DNA of 64,000 bases from an uncultured SAR86 cluster bacterium (lineage in GTDB: Bacteria; Pseudomonadota; Gammaproteobacteria; Magnimaribacterales; AG-339-G14). Made by a program: the position numbers and the translations under genes. The stretch spans positions 41 to 64,040 of the forward strand of contig CACELJ010000002.1 of the NCBI GenBank assembly GCA_902560275.1, written 5' to 3'. How positions within the stretch are numbered: position 1 is the stretch's first letter; every line of letters starts with the position of its first letter. Below are positions 30,853 through 40,594 of this stretch, in pieces. The notes beneath the pieces are model-generated. The model was not told where the DNA came from and ran no database searches. It saw only the letters and a list, made by a program, of their open reading frames with translations.

Positions 30853-33800
30853 TCAAACCTCCTCGAAATCAATATCAATCGCTAAAGATCGAATTTCTTT
30901 TGTTAAAACATTATAGGATTCTGGTATTCCAGCTTCCATTTCATAAGAACCATCGACTATATTTTTATAGATTTTTGTTCTTCCGTAGACATCATCAGAC
31001 TTAACAGTGAGCATTTCCTGAAGAGTATGAGACGCACCATAAGCTTCAAGAGCCCAAACCTCCATCTCTCCGAGTCTTTGTCCACCAAATTGTGCTTTTC
31101 CTCCAAGCGGTTGCTGAGTAACTAAGCTGTAAGACCCTGTGGAACGTGCATGCATTTTATCTTCGATAAGATGATTTAGCTTGAGCATATACATGTACCC
31201 AACAGTGACTGGGCGATCAAATTTATCCCCTGTTCTTCCATCGTACAAAGTAGTTTGTCCAGTTTCAGGAAGGTTGGCTAAATTCAACATCTCTTTAATT
31301 TCTGCCTCTTTAGCTCCATCGAAAACTGGGGTTGCCATAGGAACACCGTTTTTAAGATTGTGGCAAAGCTCTAAGAATTCACTATCGTTGAGAGAACTAA
31401 TGTCCTGATTCATCCCTGATTTAGCATAAATTTTATCTATGAATGATCTTAGGGCTTTTAAATCCTTATAATTTTCGAGCATCTTAGATATTTCATCTCC
31501 AAGACCTTTTGCGGCTGATCCCAGATGAACTTCAAGAAGTTGTCCAACGTTCATTCTTGATGGCACTCCTAATGGATTCAATACTAAATCAACTGGCTCA
31601 CCATTTTCATCATATGGCATATCTTCGACAGGCATAATTACAGATATGACTCCTTTGTTACCATGCCTACCCGCTAATTTGTCGCCTGGTTGGATTCTCC
31701 TTTTAATCGCAAGATAAACTTTAATTACTTGTTGCACTCCTGGAGGTAAATCATCTCCGGAAACAATTTTTTTCTTCTTAGCTTCAAATCTATTTTTGAG
31801 CATTTTTTCATATGCTTTCAAATTGTCTTTGGAATCTTTTAACTGATCATTAATATCTTCGCTTTGCATTCTCAATTTGAACCACTCGTCGGAAGCAAGG
31901 TTATCTAGAAACTCTTTAGATATTATTTCCCCTTTAGATATGCCTCTTCCAGATATCACTTTTTGACCTGTCAAAACAGACCTTAAAGAGTTGATGGTCG
32001 CATTTGTAACTATCTCCAGTTCTTCATCAAGATCTTTTTGGATCTCAGCTAAAGAGACAGATTCAATTACAGAAGCTCTTGGATTTTTTTCTAATCCCTC
32101 TCTTGTATAGATTTGAACATCAATTACTGTGCCATCGGCACCGCTTGGTACTCTTAAAGAGGTATCTTTTACATCTGCTGCTTTTTCTCCAAATATTGCT
32201 CTTAGAAGTTTCTCTTCAGGAGAAAGTTGAGTTTCTCCTTTTGGAGTAACTTTTCCTACTAAAATATCACCCGCCTTAACTTGTGCTCCAATGTGAACAA
32301 CTCCACACTCATCAAGTTTCCCTAATGCGGACTCTCCTACATTGGGAATGTCAGCTGTAATTTCATCTGGACCTAATTTTGTATCTCTAGCTGTACAAGT
32401 AAGTTCTTGAATATGAATACTTGTAAGCTTGTCTTCTTTAACAAGCTTGTCTGAAATAAGGATTGAATCCTCAAAATTGTATCCATGCCACGGCATGAAA
32501 GCAATTTTGATATTTTGACCAAGTGCTAACTCTCCCAAATCAATTGAAGAGCCATCAGCCAAGATATCACCTTTAGCAACTTTATCTCCAACTTTAACTA
32601 TTGGTTTTTGATTCATGCATGTATTTTGATTAGACCTTGTGTACTTAGTGAGGTTATATATATCTACAGCTGAGTTGGTTGCAGAGATTTCTTTCATATC
32701 TTTTCTGACCACTATTCTTCCAGAATCAACCTTTTCAACAGTACCTTTGTTTTCTGCTATGACACAATCTCCTGAATCTTTGGCAATCAATCTTTCCATT
32801 CCAGTTCCAACAAGAGGAGCCTCTGTCTTCAAGGTAGGAACTGCTTGTCTCATCATGTTAGAACCCATTAAAGCCCTGTTAGCATCGTCATGCTCTAGGA
32901 AAGGTATTAAAGATGCAGCAATAGATACTACCTGCTGAGGAGATACATCCATTAGTTCAACTCTATCAGCTGACATAAGTTCAAATTCGTTTTTAAATCG
33001 AACAGGAACAAGTTCGTCTACAAATTTATTATTTTTATCAAGCAGTGCACTTGCTTGTGCAATAACAAATTCGCCTTCTTCAATTGCAGAAATGTACTTA
33101 ATTTCTTCAGTCACTTTGCCATTAATAACTTGTCTATATGGCGTTTCAATAAATCCAAAATCATTGACCTTGGCAAAAACAGATAAAGAATTTATTAGTC
33201 CAATATTGGGTCCTTCTGGGGTTTCTATTGGACAAACTCTTCCGTAATGACTTGGGTGAACGTCCCTAACTTCAAAGCCAGCTCTCTCTCTAGTTAAACC
33301 CCCTGGCCCAAGTGCTGAAACTCTTCTTTTGTGAGTAATTGCAGCAAGTGGATTATTCTGATCCATGAATTGTGACAGTTGACTTGAACCAAAAAACTCA
33401 TTTATTGCAGCAGTTACTGGTTTTGCATTGATTAAATCTGCTGGTCCAAAGCCCTCAGCTTCAGCTACATTCAATCTTTCTCTGACAGCTCTTTCCACTC
33501 TTAGAAGACCAACTCTGACTTGGTTCGATACCATTTCGCCAACTGATCTTATTCGTCTGTTTCCTAAATGATCTATATCGTCACAATCTTGCTTTCCATT
33601 TCTTATATCAACAAGAGTTTTTGTCACATCAATGATGTCTTCCTTACTTAATATTCCAGGTCCTTGAAGGTCTTCCCTTCCTAGACGACGGTTGAATTTC
33701 ATTCTTCCAACATCAGAAAGATCGTACTTCTCTGAATTAAAAAATAAGTTTTCAAAAAGATTTGTTGCTGCTTCTTTAGTTGGAGGCTCCCCTGGTCTCA

Positions 33801-34932
33801 TCATTCTGTAGATCTCAGCTAAAGCTTCTAATTGTGAAGTAGTAGTATCAGACCTCAAAGTTTCTGAAATGTAAGGCCCTGATTCAAGCTCATTAATATA
33901 TAAAACTTTAATTTCTTTAAGTTTCTGCTCTTGGATAGCTTTAACAATTGTTTCATCTATAACAGAATTACATGGTATGAGAAGCTCTCCTGTTTCTTTA
34001 TTAATGATATCTTCAGCTGTGATTAATCCATTCAAGCCTTCAGAATCCAAAGATATTATTTTAATTTTATTGGAATCAATAAGCCTAATGTGTCTTGCGG
34101 TAATTCTTTGGCCTTTTTCAACAATAGTTTCTTTGCCATCTTTATCCTTTATTTCAACTGGGGATATCCTTCCCATCAGTCTTCTAGAGTTGATTTTAAG
34201 AGAGAATCCTTGCGGGGTTACAGAGTAAGTTTCTGATTCGTAAAACGTTTCTAAAATCTCCTGATTAGCCATTCCTAAAGCCTTAAGCAAAATTGAAGCT
34301 AAAAGCTTTCTTCTTCTGTCTATTCTTATGTAAACAAGATCCTTATGATCAAATTCGAAATCAAGCCAGGATCCTCTATAAGGAATTACTCTTGAAGCGT
34401 AAAGCAATTTTCCTGAAGAATGCGTTTTACCTTTGTCATGATCAAAAATTAACCCGGGGGATCTGTGCAATTGAGAAACTACAACTCTTTCGACACCATT
34501 TATGACGAATGTTCCATAAGTTGTCATTAAAGGTATGGTCCCCATGTAGACCTTCTCTTCTCGAGCAGATTTTAGAATTTCCTCTCCAGTAGTTTTATCC
34601 AGAAAAGAAATCCTACATATGATTCTCATGGTTGATTCATATGTAGTGCCTCTGGCAATACATTCGCTTACATCAAATTCTGGCTCATCAAGCTCGTATC
34701 CCAGATATTCGATTTTTGCATTACCCGAAACACTAATGATAGGGAAAATGGAGTGAAATACTCCATGAAGACCCTGCTTTTGCCTTTCATCTTGTGAAAG
34801 GTGAGATTGTAAAAATTCCTTGTAAGAATTTGTTTGAACTTCAAGAATGTCAGGAAAATCCATGACACTTGAAATTTTTTCAAAACTATTTCTTATTCTT
34901 TTCTTTTCAGCAAAACTATATTTATTTGGCAT
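30853..34932 (-). CDS. rpoB: DNA-directed RNA polymerase subunit beta
   Basis: 1359 aa, [14 protein letters not shown]-terminus and the conserved [39 protein letters not shown] region. Confidence 0.98.
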   Translation of the reverse strand: MPNKYSFAEKKRIRNSFEKISSVMDFPDILEVQTNSYKEFLQSHLSQDERQKQGLHGVFHSIFPIISVSGNAKIEYLGYELDEPEFDVSECIARGTTYESTMRIICRISFLDKTTGEEILKSAREEKVYMGTIPLMTTYGTFVINGVERVVVSQLHRSPGLIFDHDKGKTHSSGKLLYASRVIPYRGSWLDFEFDHKDLVYIRIDRRRKLLASILLKALGMANQEILETFYESETYSVTPQGFSLKINSRRLMGRISPVEIKDKDGKETIVEKGQRITARHIRLIDSNKIKIISLDSEGLNGLITAEDIINKETGELLIPCNSVIDETIVKAIQEQKLKEIKVLYINELESGPYISETLRSDTTTSQLEALAEIYRMMRPGEPPTKEAATNLFENLFFNSEKYDLSDVGRMKFNRRLGREDLQGPGILSKEDIIDVTKTLVDIRNGKQDCDDIDHLGNRRIRSVGEMVSNQVRVGLLRVERAVRERLNVAEAEGFGPADLINAKPVTAAINEFFGSSQLSQFMDQNNPLAAITHKRRVSALGPGGLTRERAGFEVRDVHPSHYGRVCPIETPEGPNIGLINSLSVFAKVNDFGFIETPYRQVINGKVTEEIKYISAIEEGEFVIAQASALLDKNNKFVDELVPVRFKNEFELMSADRVELMDVSPQQVVSIAASLIPFLEHDDANRALMGSNMMRQAVPTLKTEAPLVGTGMERLIAKDSGDCVIAENKGTVEKVDSGRIVVRKDMKEISATNSAVDIYNLTKYTRSNQNTCMNQKPIVKVGDKVAKGDILADGSSIDLGELALGQNIKIAFMPWHGYNFEDSILISDKLVKEDKLTSIHIQELTCTARDTKLGPDEITADIPNVGESALGKLDECGVVHIGAQVKAGDILVGKVTPKGETQLSPEEKLLRAIFGEKAADVKDTSLRVPSGADGTVIDVQIYTREGLEKNPRASVIESVSLAEIQKDLDEELEIVTNATINSLRSVLTGQKVISGRGISKGEIISKEFLDNLASDEWFKLRMQSEDINDQLKDSKDNLKAYEKMLKNRFEAKKKKIVSGDDLPPGVQQVIKVYLAIKRRIQPGDKLAGRHGNKGVISVIMPVEDMPYDENGEPVDLVLNPLGVPSRMNVGQLLEVHLGSAAKGLGDEISKMLENYKDLKALRSFIDKIYAKSGMNQDISSLNDSEFLELCHNLKNGVPMATPVFDGAKEAEIKEMLNLANLPETGQTTLYDGRTGDKFDRPVTVGYMYMLKLNHLIEDKMHARSTGSYSLVTQQPLGGKAQFGGQRLGEMEVWALEAYGASHTLQEMLTVKSDDVYGRTKIYKNIVDGSYEMEAGIPESYNVLTKEIRSLAIDIDFEEV

Positions 34933-34953
34933 AAAAATTGTATGTATTTAAAG

Positions 34954-35337
34954 TTATTTAAGTTCGACAGTAGCTCCAGCTTCCTCTAATTGAGATTTAG
35001 CCTGTTCAGCTTCATCTTTATTAGCCCCTTCTTTCAATGATGAAGGTGCTCCATCGACAAGTGCTTTAGCTTCTTTTAATCCAAGACCAGTGATGGTCCT
35101 AACAACTTTAATTACATCAATTTTCTTATCACCAACATCAGCAAGGAAAATCTCGAATTCAGATTTTTCTTCTGCAGCTTCACCAGCTGCATCTCCTGCT
35201 GGAGCTGCTGCTACTGCAGCGACAGGTGCTGCGGCAGTGACTCCGAATTTATCTTCCATAAGTTTAATCAAATCAACCATATCCATGACACTCATGTCGG
35301 ATATTGCATCTAATATTTCTTCTTTTGATAGCGCCAT
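34954..35337 (-). CDS. rplL: 50S ribosomal protein L7/L12
   Basis: 127 aa with an Ala-rich hinge [14 protein letters not shown] and C-terminal domain [22 protein letters not shown]. Confidence 0.98.
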   Translation of the reverse strand: MALSKEEILDAISDMSVMDMVDLIKLMEDKFGVTAAAPVAAVAAAPAGDAAGEAAEEKSEFEIFLADVGDKKIDVIKVVRTITGLGLKEAKALVDGAPSSLKEGANKDEAEQAKSQLEEAGATVELK

Positions 35338-35361
35338 TACTACTCCTTTTAAAGTTTAAAA

Positions 35362-35880
35362 TTAAGATTTAGTTTCTTTTACCGCATCCAAAGTTCTTAC
35401 AAAGTTTGAAGGTAGATTCTGTAACCCACCTGCAAGTTTCTGAATTGGACTTTGAAGTACGCTCATTAACATAGAAATTGCTTCTTCCTTTGAGGGCAGT
35501 GAAGCTAGTCTGTCTAGCTCACTTGCATCTAAGAGGCCTTCTCCTACCGATAACCCTTTTACGCTAAAAGACTCATGAGACTTTGAAAAATCTTTTACGA
35601 GTTTTGCAGCACTTTTAAAGTCATCAAGAGAAAAAGCAAACAAACTAGGTCCGGTAAGAATTTCATTGATTGAATCAAATTTAGTACCTTCTAAAGCTCT
35701 TTTAGCCAAAGTATTCTTTATTACTCTAAGGTATACAGAACTAGAAGAGGCATCTTTTCTTAACAATGTTAAGTCAGGTACGTTAGTACCTCTGTAATCA
35801 ACAACGACAGCTGACAAGGCTTCATCAGCAACTTTCTTCAACTCATCTACAACTAATTTCTTTTCTTCTAAACGTGACAT
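35362..35880 (-). CDS. rplJ: 50S ribosomal protein L10
   Basis: 172 aa between rplA and rplL. SAVVVDYRGTNVPDLTLLRK is L10-like. Confidence 0.95.
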   Translation of the reverse strand: MSRLEEKKLVVDELKKVADEALSAVVVDYRGTNVPDLTLLRKDASSSSVYLRVIKNTLAKRALEGTKFDSINEILTGPSLFAFSLDDFKSAAKLVKDFSKSHESFSVKGLSVGEGLLDASELDRLASLPSKEEAISMLMSVLQSPIQKLAGGLQNLPSNFVRTLDAVKETKS

Positions 35881-36061
35881 TAAATAAACCTCTCTTTTTT
35901 AAAGTGAGAGAACTTCCAACCAAGACCTAAAAGACTTGGTACATCTACGCATGAAATTAAGTTTTTATGGCAAAAACCAAAAAACACATGCGGTCTAAGA
36001 CAATCGCGAAAACGCAAATGCTTATTTAAATGTTCTGGATTGCGCATCATACAGGAAAAAA
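35881..36061 (-). promoter_or_regulatory. rplA-rplJ intergenic region, probable rplJ (L10) leader and/or promoter
   Basis: At 181 nt this is the longest non-coding gap in the ribosomal block. It contains an imperfect hairpin ACCAAGUCUUUUAGGUCUUGGU in RNA sense, about 40 nt upstream of the rplJ ATG. The position matches the autoregulated L10 leader of E. coli. No covariance model was run. Confidence 0.4.
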
Positions 36062-36757
36062 TCAGAAATTGAGAGAGGAAATATCAATTTCTAATCCAGG
36101 TCCCATAGTTGATGACATCGAAACTTTTGAAATAAAAACTCCCTTGGATGATGGAGGTTTTGATTTTTTTAAATCAGATAATAAATATTGCAAATTACTT
36201 TTTATTTCTTCCTTGCTCTGAGTTATTTGACCTATTCTACAGTGAACAATTCCCTGTTTATCTGACTTAAACCTCACCTGACCAGCCTTGGCATTTTTTA
36301 CCGCACCCGAAACATCTTTTGTTACCGTTTCTGACTTAGGATTAGGCATTAATCCTTTGGGTCCCAAAATTTGACCCAATGGACTTACAACTTTCATCGT
36401 ATCAGGAGTAGCAACTATGACATCATAATCTATTTCCCCAGATTTCATTTCATCAGCGAGGTCTTCCATGCCCACTTTATCTGCTCCAGCTTCAAGAGCA
36501 CTTTTAGCCTCTTCACCCTCTGCAAAAACAGCAACCTTATATGAACGGCCAGTGCCGTGAGGAAGATTAGATGCTCCCCTAACGTTTTGATCTGACTTCG
36601 ATGGATCCACTCCTAAGTTAATACTTACATCCACTGACTCAGTAAATTTTTCAGACTTATGTTCAAACAAAATATCTAAAGCTTCTTCCAAATTATAAGA
36701 AGCTGCTTCTACTAACTTTTCTCTTAAAGGTTTATTTTTCTTAGATGTTTTCGCCAT
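36062..36757 (-). CDS. rplA: 50S ribosomal protein L1
   Basis: 231 aa, FTESVDVSINLGVDPSKSDQNVRG and GPKGLMPNPK motifs. Confidence 0.97.
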   Translation of the reverse strand: MAKTSKKNKPLREKLVEAASYNLEEALDILFEHKSEKFTESVDVSINLGVDPSKSDQNVRGASNLPHGTGRSYKVAVFAEGEEAKSALEAGADKVGMEDLADEMKSGEIDYDVIVATPDTMKVVSPLGQILGPKGLMPNPKSETVTKDVSGAVKNAKAGQVRFKSDKQGIVHCRIGQITQSKEEIKSNLQYLLSDLKKSKPPSSKGVFISKVSMSSTMGPGLEIDISSLNF

Positions 36758-37188
36758 TAATCTATAACCTCTATTCCCATGCTTCTGGCACTACCAGAAA
36801 TAATTTTTACTGCGGCATCCATATCAGCAGCATTGAGATCCTGCATTTTCTTTTCTGCTATTTCCTCAACTTGAGCCCTAGTCACTTTTCCTACTTTTAA
36901 TGAATTTGGCGTAGGACTACCCTTATCGAGTCCAGCAGCCTTTTTTAGGAGAATGCTTGCAGGAGTTGTTTTTACAATGAAATCAAAACTTTTGTCTTCG
37001 TAAACTGTGATAACAACAGGCACAGGAACATTCTTCTCCAAGTCGTTAGTCTTAGAATTAAATGCATTACAAAAGTCCATTAAGTTAACACCGTGTTGAC
37101 CCAGCGCAGGTCCAACAGGAGGGCTAGGAGAGGCAGCGCCAGCAGGTACTTGAAGTTTAATATATGTATCTATCTTTTTGTCCGCCAT
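36757..37188 (-). CDS. rplK: 50S ribosomal protein L11
   Basis: [26 protein letters not shown] is the canonical L11 sequence. Confidence 0.98.
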   Translation of the reverse strand: MADKKIDTYIKLQVPAGAASPSPPVGPALGQHGVNLMDFCNAFNSKTNDLEKNVPVPVVITVYEDKSFDFIVKTTPASILLKKAAGLDKGSPTPNSLKVGKVTRAQVEEIAEKKMQDLNAADMDAAVKIISGSARSMGIEVID

Positions 37189-37721
37189 TATGCTCTCTCA
37201 ATTTGATTGAAGTCTAATTCAACCGGAGTTGATCTTCCAAAGATCATCACCGCTACTTTTACTTTTCCTTTTTCTGAATCGACTTCTTCAATCACGCCAC
37301 TAAAATCATTAAAAGGTCCATCAATAACTCTAATCATTTCACCGGCTTCATAAATATTTTGTTGTGAAGTGGTTTCTACTCCAGATTCTATTTGATTTAA
37401 AATTCTGTTTGCTTCGTTTTCTGAAATTGGTCTTGGATTGGTTTTTGTGCCTCCAATGAAACCCAAAACCCTTGGAGTCTCTTTGACAAGGTGCCATGTA
37501 TCGTCATTCATTTCCATCTCAACCAAAATGTAACCTGGGAAAAATTTCTTTTGTATAGTTTTTTCCTTTCCTCCTTTCATTTCAGTTATTTCTTCGGAAG
37601 GCACTTCTATCTTTCCAAAAAAATCCTCCATGCCGTTAAGGGTTATTCTCTCTAAAAGCTGTTCTTTGGCCTTATTTTCATAACCAGAATAAGAATTAAG
37701 AACATACCAAGATTTCGACAT
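37188..37721 (-). CDS. nusG: Transcription termination/antitermination factor NusG
   Basis: Internal start [22 protein letters not shown] is the NGN domain, and a C-terminal KOW ([16 protein letters not shown]) is present. The track start at 37775 overlaps secE. Confidence 0.95.
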   Translation of the reverse strand: MSKSWYVLNSYSGYENKAKEQLLERITLNGMEDFFGKIEVPSEEITEMKGGKEKTIQKKFFPGYILVEMEMNDDTWHLVKETPRVLGFIGGTKTNPRPISENEANRILNQIESGVETTSQQNIYEAGEMIRVIDGPFNDFSGVIEEVDSEKGKVKVAVMIFGRSTPVELDFNQIERA

Positions 37722-37723
37722 TT

Positions 37724-38071
37724 CTACCCCAATAATAAATTTAATCCAAAGGAAAAAAGAGAATCCAAGCCCCATAACAACAGTGAAGCAACAATTACTG
37801 CAGCTAAAACAATAAGAGTTGTTTGAGTCGTCTCAGTTCTGTTGGGCCAGACTACTTTTCTAATTTCAGTTAGAGAAGTAACAATTAAGTTGTATGCGGA
37901 ATTACCGAAAATTGTGAATCTAATTATTGCTAAACCCAGAATCAATAGAGCAATCACAATCAAGGTTCTGTATAAAAGAGCTACTTCAGCGTAATAAGAA
38001 TTTCCCCAGACAGCAATCAGGATAACTGCTGAGCCTAGGATCCATAAAATTTTACTGCTAACTGAAGTCAT
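37724..38071 (-). CDS. secE: Preprotein translocase subunit SecE
   Basis: 115 aa with three hydrophobic segments and a conserved EIRKVVWPNRTET motif. Lies upstream of nusG. Confidence 0.92.
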   Translation of the reverse strand: MTSVSSKILWILGSAVILIAVWGNSYYAEVALLYRTLIVIALLILGLAIIRFTIFGNSAYNLIVTSLTEIRKVVWPNRTETTQTTLIVLAAVIVASLLLWGLDSLFSFGLNLLLG

Positions 38072-38097
38072 ATTGTTTTAACTTATATCCATCTCCG

Positions 38098-38173
38098 TGG
38101 CAGGCCAGGAGGGAATCGAACCCCCAACCTGCGGTTTTGGAGACCGCCGCTCTACCAATTGAGCTACTGGCCT
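38098..38173 (-). tRNA. trpT: tRNA-Trp (anticodon CCA)
   Basis: The minus strand reads AGGCCAG-TA-GCTC-AATTGGTA-GAGC-G-GCGGT-CTCCAAA-ACCGC-AGGTT-GGGGG-TTCGATT-CCCTC-CTGGCCT-G-CCA. This is a full cloverleaf, folded by hand. Confidence 0.93.
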
Positions 38174-39365
38174 ATTGAACGATTTTGGATACTACTCCGG
38201 AACCAACAGTTCTACCACCTTCTCTGATAGCAAAACGCATTCCTTCTTCCATTGCGATTGGTGATATCAATTCAACATTAATTGCCACATCATCACCTGG
38301 CATAACCATCTCAACTCCATCAGGAAGAATGACTTCACCAGTCACGTCGGTTGTCCTTACATAAAACTGCGGTCTATAGCCTTTAAAGAAAGGAGTATGT
38401 CTGCCACCTTCTTCTTTATTTAATACATAGACTTGTGCTTCAAACTTAGTGTGAGGAGTTATTGAACCAGGCTTAGACAGTACCTGACCTCTTTCAACTT
38501 CTTCTCTTTTTGTACCTCTTAGAAGAACACCAACATTTTCACCAGCACGACCTTCATCAAGAAGTTTTCTGAACATCTCTACACCAGTGCAAGTAGTTTT
38601 TTCTGTGTCTTTTATTCCAACAATTTCCATCTCATCATTGACAGAAACCATACCTCTTTCAATTCTTCCAGTAACAACAGTTCCTCTTCCTTGAATTGAA
38701 AAGATATCTTCAATAGGCATCAAGAAAGGCTTATCTAGATCTCTAACTGGCTCAGGAATGTGGCTGTCCAATGACTCAACCAATTTAAGAATAGCTTCTT
38801 TTCCGTGTTCGCCTTCATCGCCTTCCAGAGCCTTTAAAGCAGACCCAATGGTTATAGGAGTATCATCCCCAGGGAAATCATACTCATTTAAAAGGTCTCG
38901 GATTTCTACTTCTACTAACTCAATTAACTCAGCATCATCCACCTGATCAGCTTTGTTTAAGAAGACTACGATGTGCTCAACACCTACCTGTCTTGCTAAT
39001 AAGATGTGTTCTCTAGTTTGAGGCATGGGTCCATCTGCGGCATTTACAACCAATATAGCTCCATCCATTTGGGCTGCACCAGTAATCATATTTTTTACAT
39101 AGTCAGCGTGTCCTGGACAATCTACGTGTGCGTAGTGTCTTGCTGGAGAATCATATTCAACGTGTGATGTTGCTATGGTTATACCTCTTTCTTTTTCTTC
39201 AGGAGCATTATCGATCCCTTCAAAAGCTACAGCTTCACCGGAACCATGAGTCTCTGCACAAACTTTTGTTAAAGCAGCAGTCAAGGTAGTTTTTCCGTGG
39301 TCCACGTGACCGATAGTACCCACATTAACGTGGGGTTTGGTTCTTTCAAATTTTTCTTTAGCCAT
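38172..39365 (-). CDS. tuf: Elongation factor Tu
   Basis: 397 aa, [31 protein letters not shown]. Ends [20 protein letters not shown], colinear with the E. coli EF-Tu C-terminus. Confidence 0.99.
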   Translation of the reverse strand: MAKEKFERTKPHVNVGTIGHVDHGKTTLTAALTKVCAETHGSGEAVAFEGIDNAPEEKERGITIATSHVEYDSPARHYAHVDCPGHADYVKNMITGAAQMDGAILVVNAADGPMPQTREHILLARQVGVEHIVVFLNKADQVDDAELIELVEVEIRDLLNEYDFPGDDTPITIGSALKALEGDEGEHGKEAILKLVESLDSHIPEPVRDLDKPFLMPIEDIFSIQGRGTVVTGRIERGMVSVNDEMEIVGIKDTEKTTCTGVEMFRKLLDEGRAGENVGVLLRGTKREEVERGQVLSKPGSITPHTKFEAQVYVLNKEEGGRHTPFFKGYRPQFYVRTTDVTGEVILPDGVEMVMPGDDVAINVELISPIAMEEGMRFAIREGGRTVGSGVVSKIVQ

Positions 39366-39392
39366 TGTCTATCCTCTTAAAAATATACTGTC

Positions 39393-39468
<76 letters not shown>

Positions 39469-39591
39469 ATAAATGTTCATAAATTCCGGATCAAAAAAGG
39501 ATAAATTCTTGTTAAAAATACAACGAAATATCCTAGACCTTTCGCTCCGGAGGCATTTATACTGTTTTCTTGTCATAAAGGCAAGAATTTC

Positions 39592-39675
39592 TGGTGGAGG
39601 GGGCAGGATTCGAACCTGCGAAGCCGAAGCGGCTGATTTACAGTCAGCTGGGTTTGACCGCTCCCCAACCCCTCC
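39592..39675 (-). tRNA. tyrU: tRNA-Tyr (anticodon GUA), long variable arm
   Basis: GGAGGGG-TT-GGGG-AGCGGTCAAA-CCC-A-GCTGA-CTGTAAA-TCAGC-CGCTTCGGCTTC-GCAGG-TTCGAAT-CCTGC-CCCCTCC-A-CCA. Confidence 0.92.
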
Positions 39676-39689
39676 AGTCAGAGCGTGGT

Positions 39690-39718
39690 ATTCTCGGAGT
39701 CATGATAGAAGTTGTCAA
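39690..39718 (-). promoter_or_regulatory. Candidate promoter of the tRNA-Tyr/tRNA-Thr/tuf transcript (TTGACA-17-GAGAAT)
   Basis: The minus strand reads TTGACA acttctatcatgactcc GAGAAT, 14 nt upstream of tRNA-Tyr +1. An A/T-rich tract (ataatattttttctttatc) lies upstream like an UP element. It overlaps the birA ATG on the other strand. Confidence 0.38.
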
Positions 39719-40499
39719 CAAAAATCCTTTAGATAAAGAAAAAATATTATCGAAACTTAGTAATGAATTTAGATCAAAAGTTGTTCTAGAGGTATTCGAT
39801 ACCATTACTTCTACGAATGACTACCTTTTAAGAAAAGAAAAAAATAAAAATAAAGATATAAAAATATGCATTGCAGAAGAGCAAACTAAAGGTAGAGGAC
39901 GAAGAGGTAAATCGTGGATTAGTCCTAAATTTAAGAATATATATTTTTCCCTAAACTCATATTTGAAAAAAGAAGATTTATCTGGACTCAGCATAGCAGT
40001 AGCTTTATCAGTATCTAAAGTCCTTACAAAAATAAATGTGATGTCTTTGATCAAGTGGCCTAATGATCTTCTTGTAGGAAATAAAAAAATTTGTGGAATT
40101 TTGATAGAAACGGCAAAAGTAGGTGAATTGACCAAAGTAGTCATTGGCATAGGAATTAATGTAAACATGGAATATTCAGAGCTTATAGATCAAGAGTGGA
40201 CCTCAATAAAATTAGAAAAGAAACAATCAGTAGATAGAAACTCAATCATTACAGAAATGATTAATCAATTATGCATAACCTTAAATAAGTTTGAGCAAGA
40301 AGAGTTTGATTACTTCATTAACAAATTTACATCTTTAGATTTGTTAAAAGACAAGCAATTTACTCTGAAAGATAAACCTAATGAAACATTCATTGGAAAA
40401 GGAATAGATAATAAAGGCCTCTTAATCGCTCAAAATTTGAAGGATCAAAGGATAGTGAAATTTAGTTCCGGAGAAGTATCTTTAAAATTAAAGAAATGA
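39702..40499 (+). CDS. birA: Biotin--[acetyl-CoA-carboxylase] ligase, group I (no N-terminal HTH)
   Basis: 265 aa from the ATG at 39702. The biotin-binding loop is QTKGRGRRGKSWISP, and KWPNDL and GIGINV motifs are present. The first 36 residues of the track ORF are antisense tRNA-Tyr (GFEPAKP). Confidence 0.88.
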   Translation: MIEVVNKNPLDKEKILSKLSNEFRSKVVLEVFDTITSTNDYLLRKEKNKNKDIKICIAEEQTKGRGRRGKSWISPKFKNIYFSLNSYLKKEDLSGLSIAVALSVSKVLTKINVMSLIKWPNDLLVGNKKICGILIETAKVGELTKVVIGIGINVNMEYSELIDQEWTSIKLEKKQSVDRNSIITEMINQLCITLNKFEQEEFDYFINKFTSLDLLKDKQFTLKDKPNETFIGKGIDNKGLLIAQNLKDQRIVKFSSGEVSLKLKK

Positions 40500-40518
40500 G
40501 TTTATAATTCTTGTCATT

Positions 40519-40594
40519 GCTGGCGTAGCTCAGTTGGTAGAGCTCCTGATTTGTAATCAGGCGGTCGTAGGTTCGACTCCTATCGCCAGCTCCA
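40519..40594 (+). tRNA. thrU: tRNA-Thr (anticodon UGU)
   Basis: GCTGGCG-TA-GCTC-AGTTGGTA-GAGC-T-CCTGA-TTTGTAA-TCAGG-CGGTC-GTAGG-TTCGACT-CCTAT-CGCCAGC-T-CCA. Lies 19 nt after the birA stop. Confidence 0.93.

Noticed and set aside
37721-37775. N-terminal extensions in track ORFs for nusG (MGLGFSFFLWIKFIIGVE), rpoC ([10 protein letters not shown]), ssb, rpsT and rpsD.
   Set aside because: The extensions overlap the upstream gene or lack conservation. Internal starts give canonical N-termini and sensible gene junctions.
39469-39591. Possible degenerate tRNA-Gly(UCC) in the Tyr-Thr spacer.
   Set aside because: No acceptor-stem complementarity, no TTCGA T-loop and no CTTCCAA anticodon loop could be found by eye. 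It is kept only as a structured spacer finding.
39594-39701. N-terminal 36 codons of the track ORF for birA (MEGAGFEPAKPKRLIYSQLGLTAPQPLQSERGILGV).
   Set aside because: This stretch is the reverse complement of tRNA-Tyr (GFEP is the antisense T-loop). BirA homology starts at the ATG at 39702.
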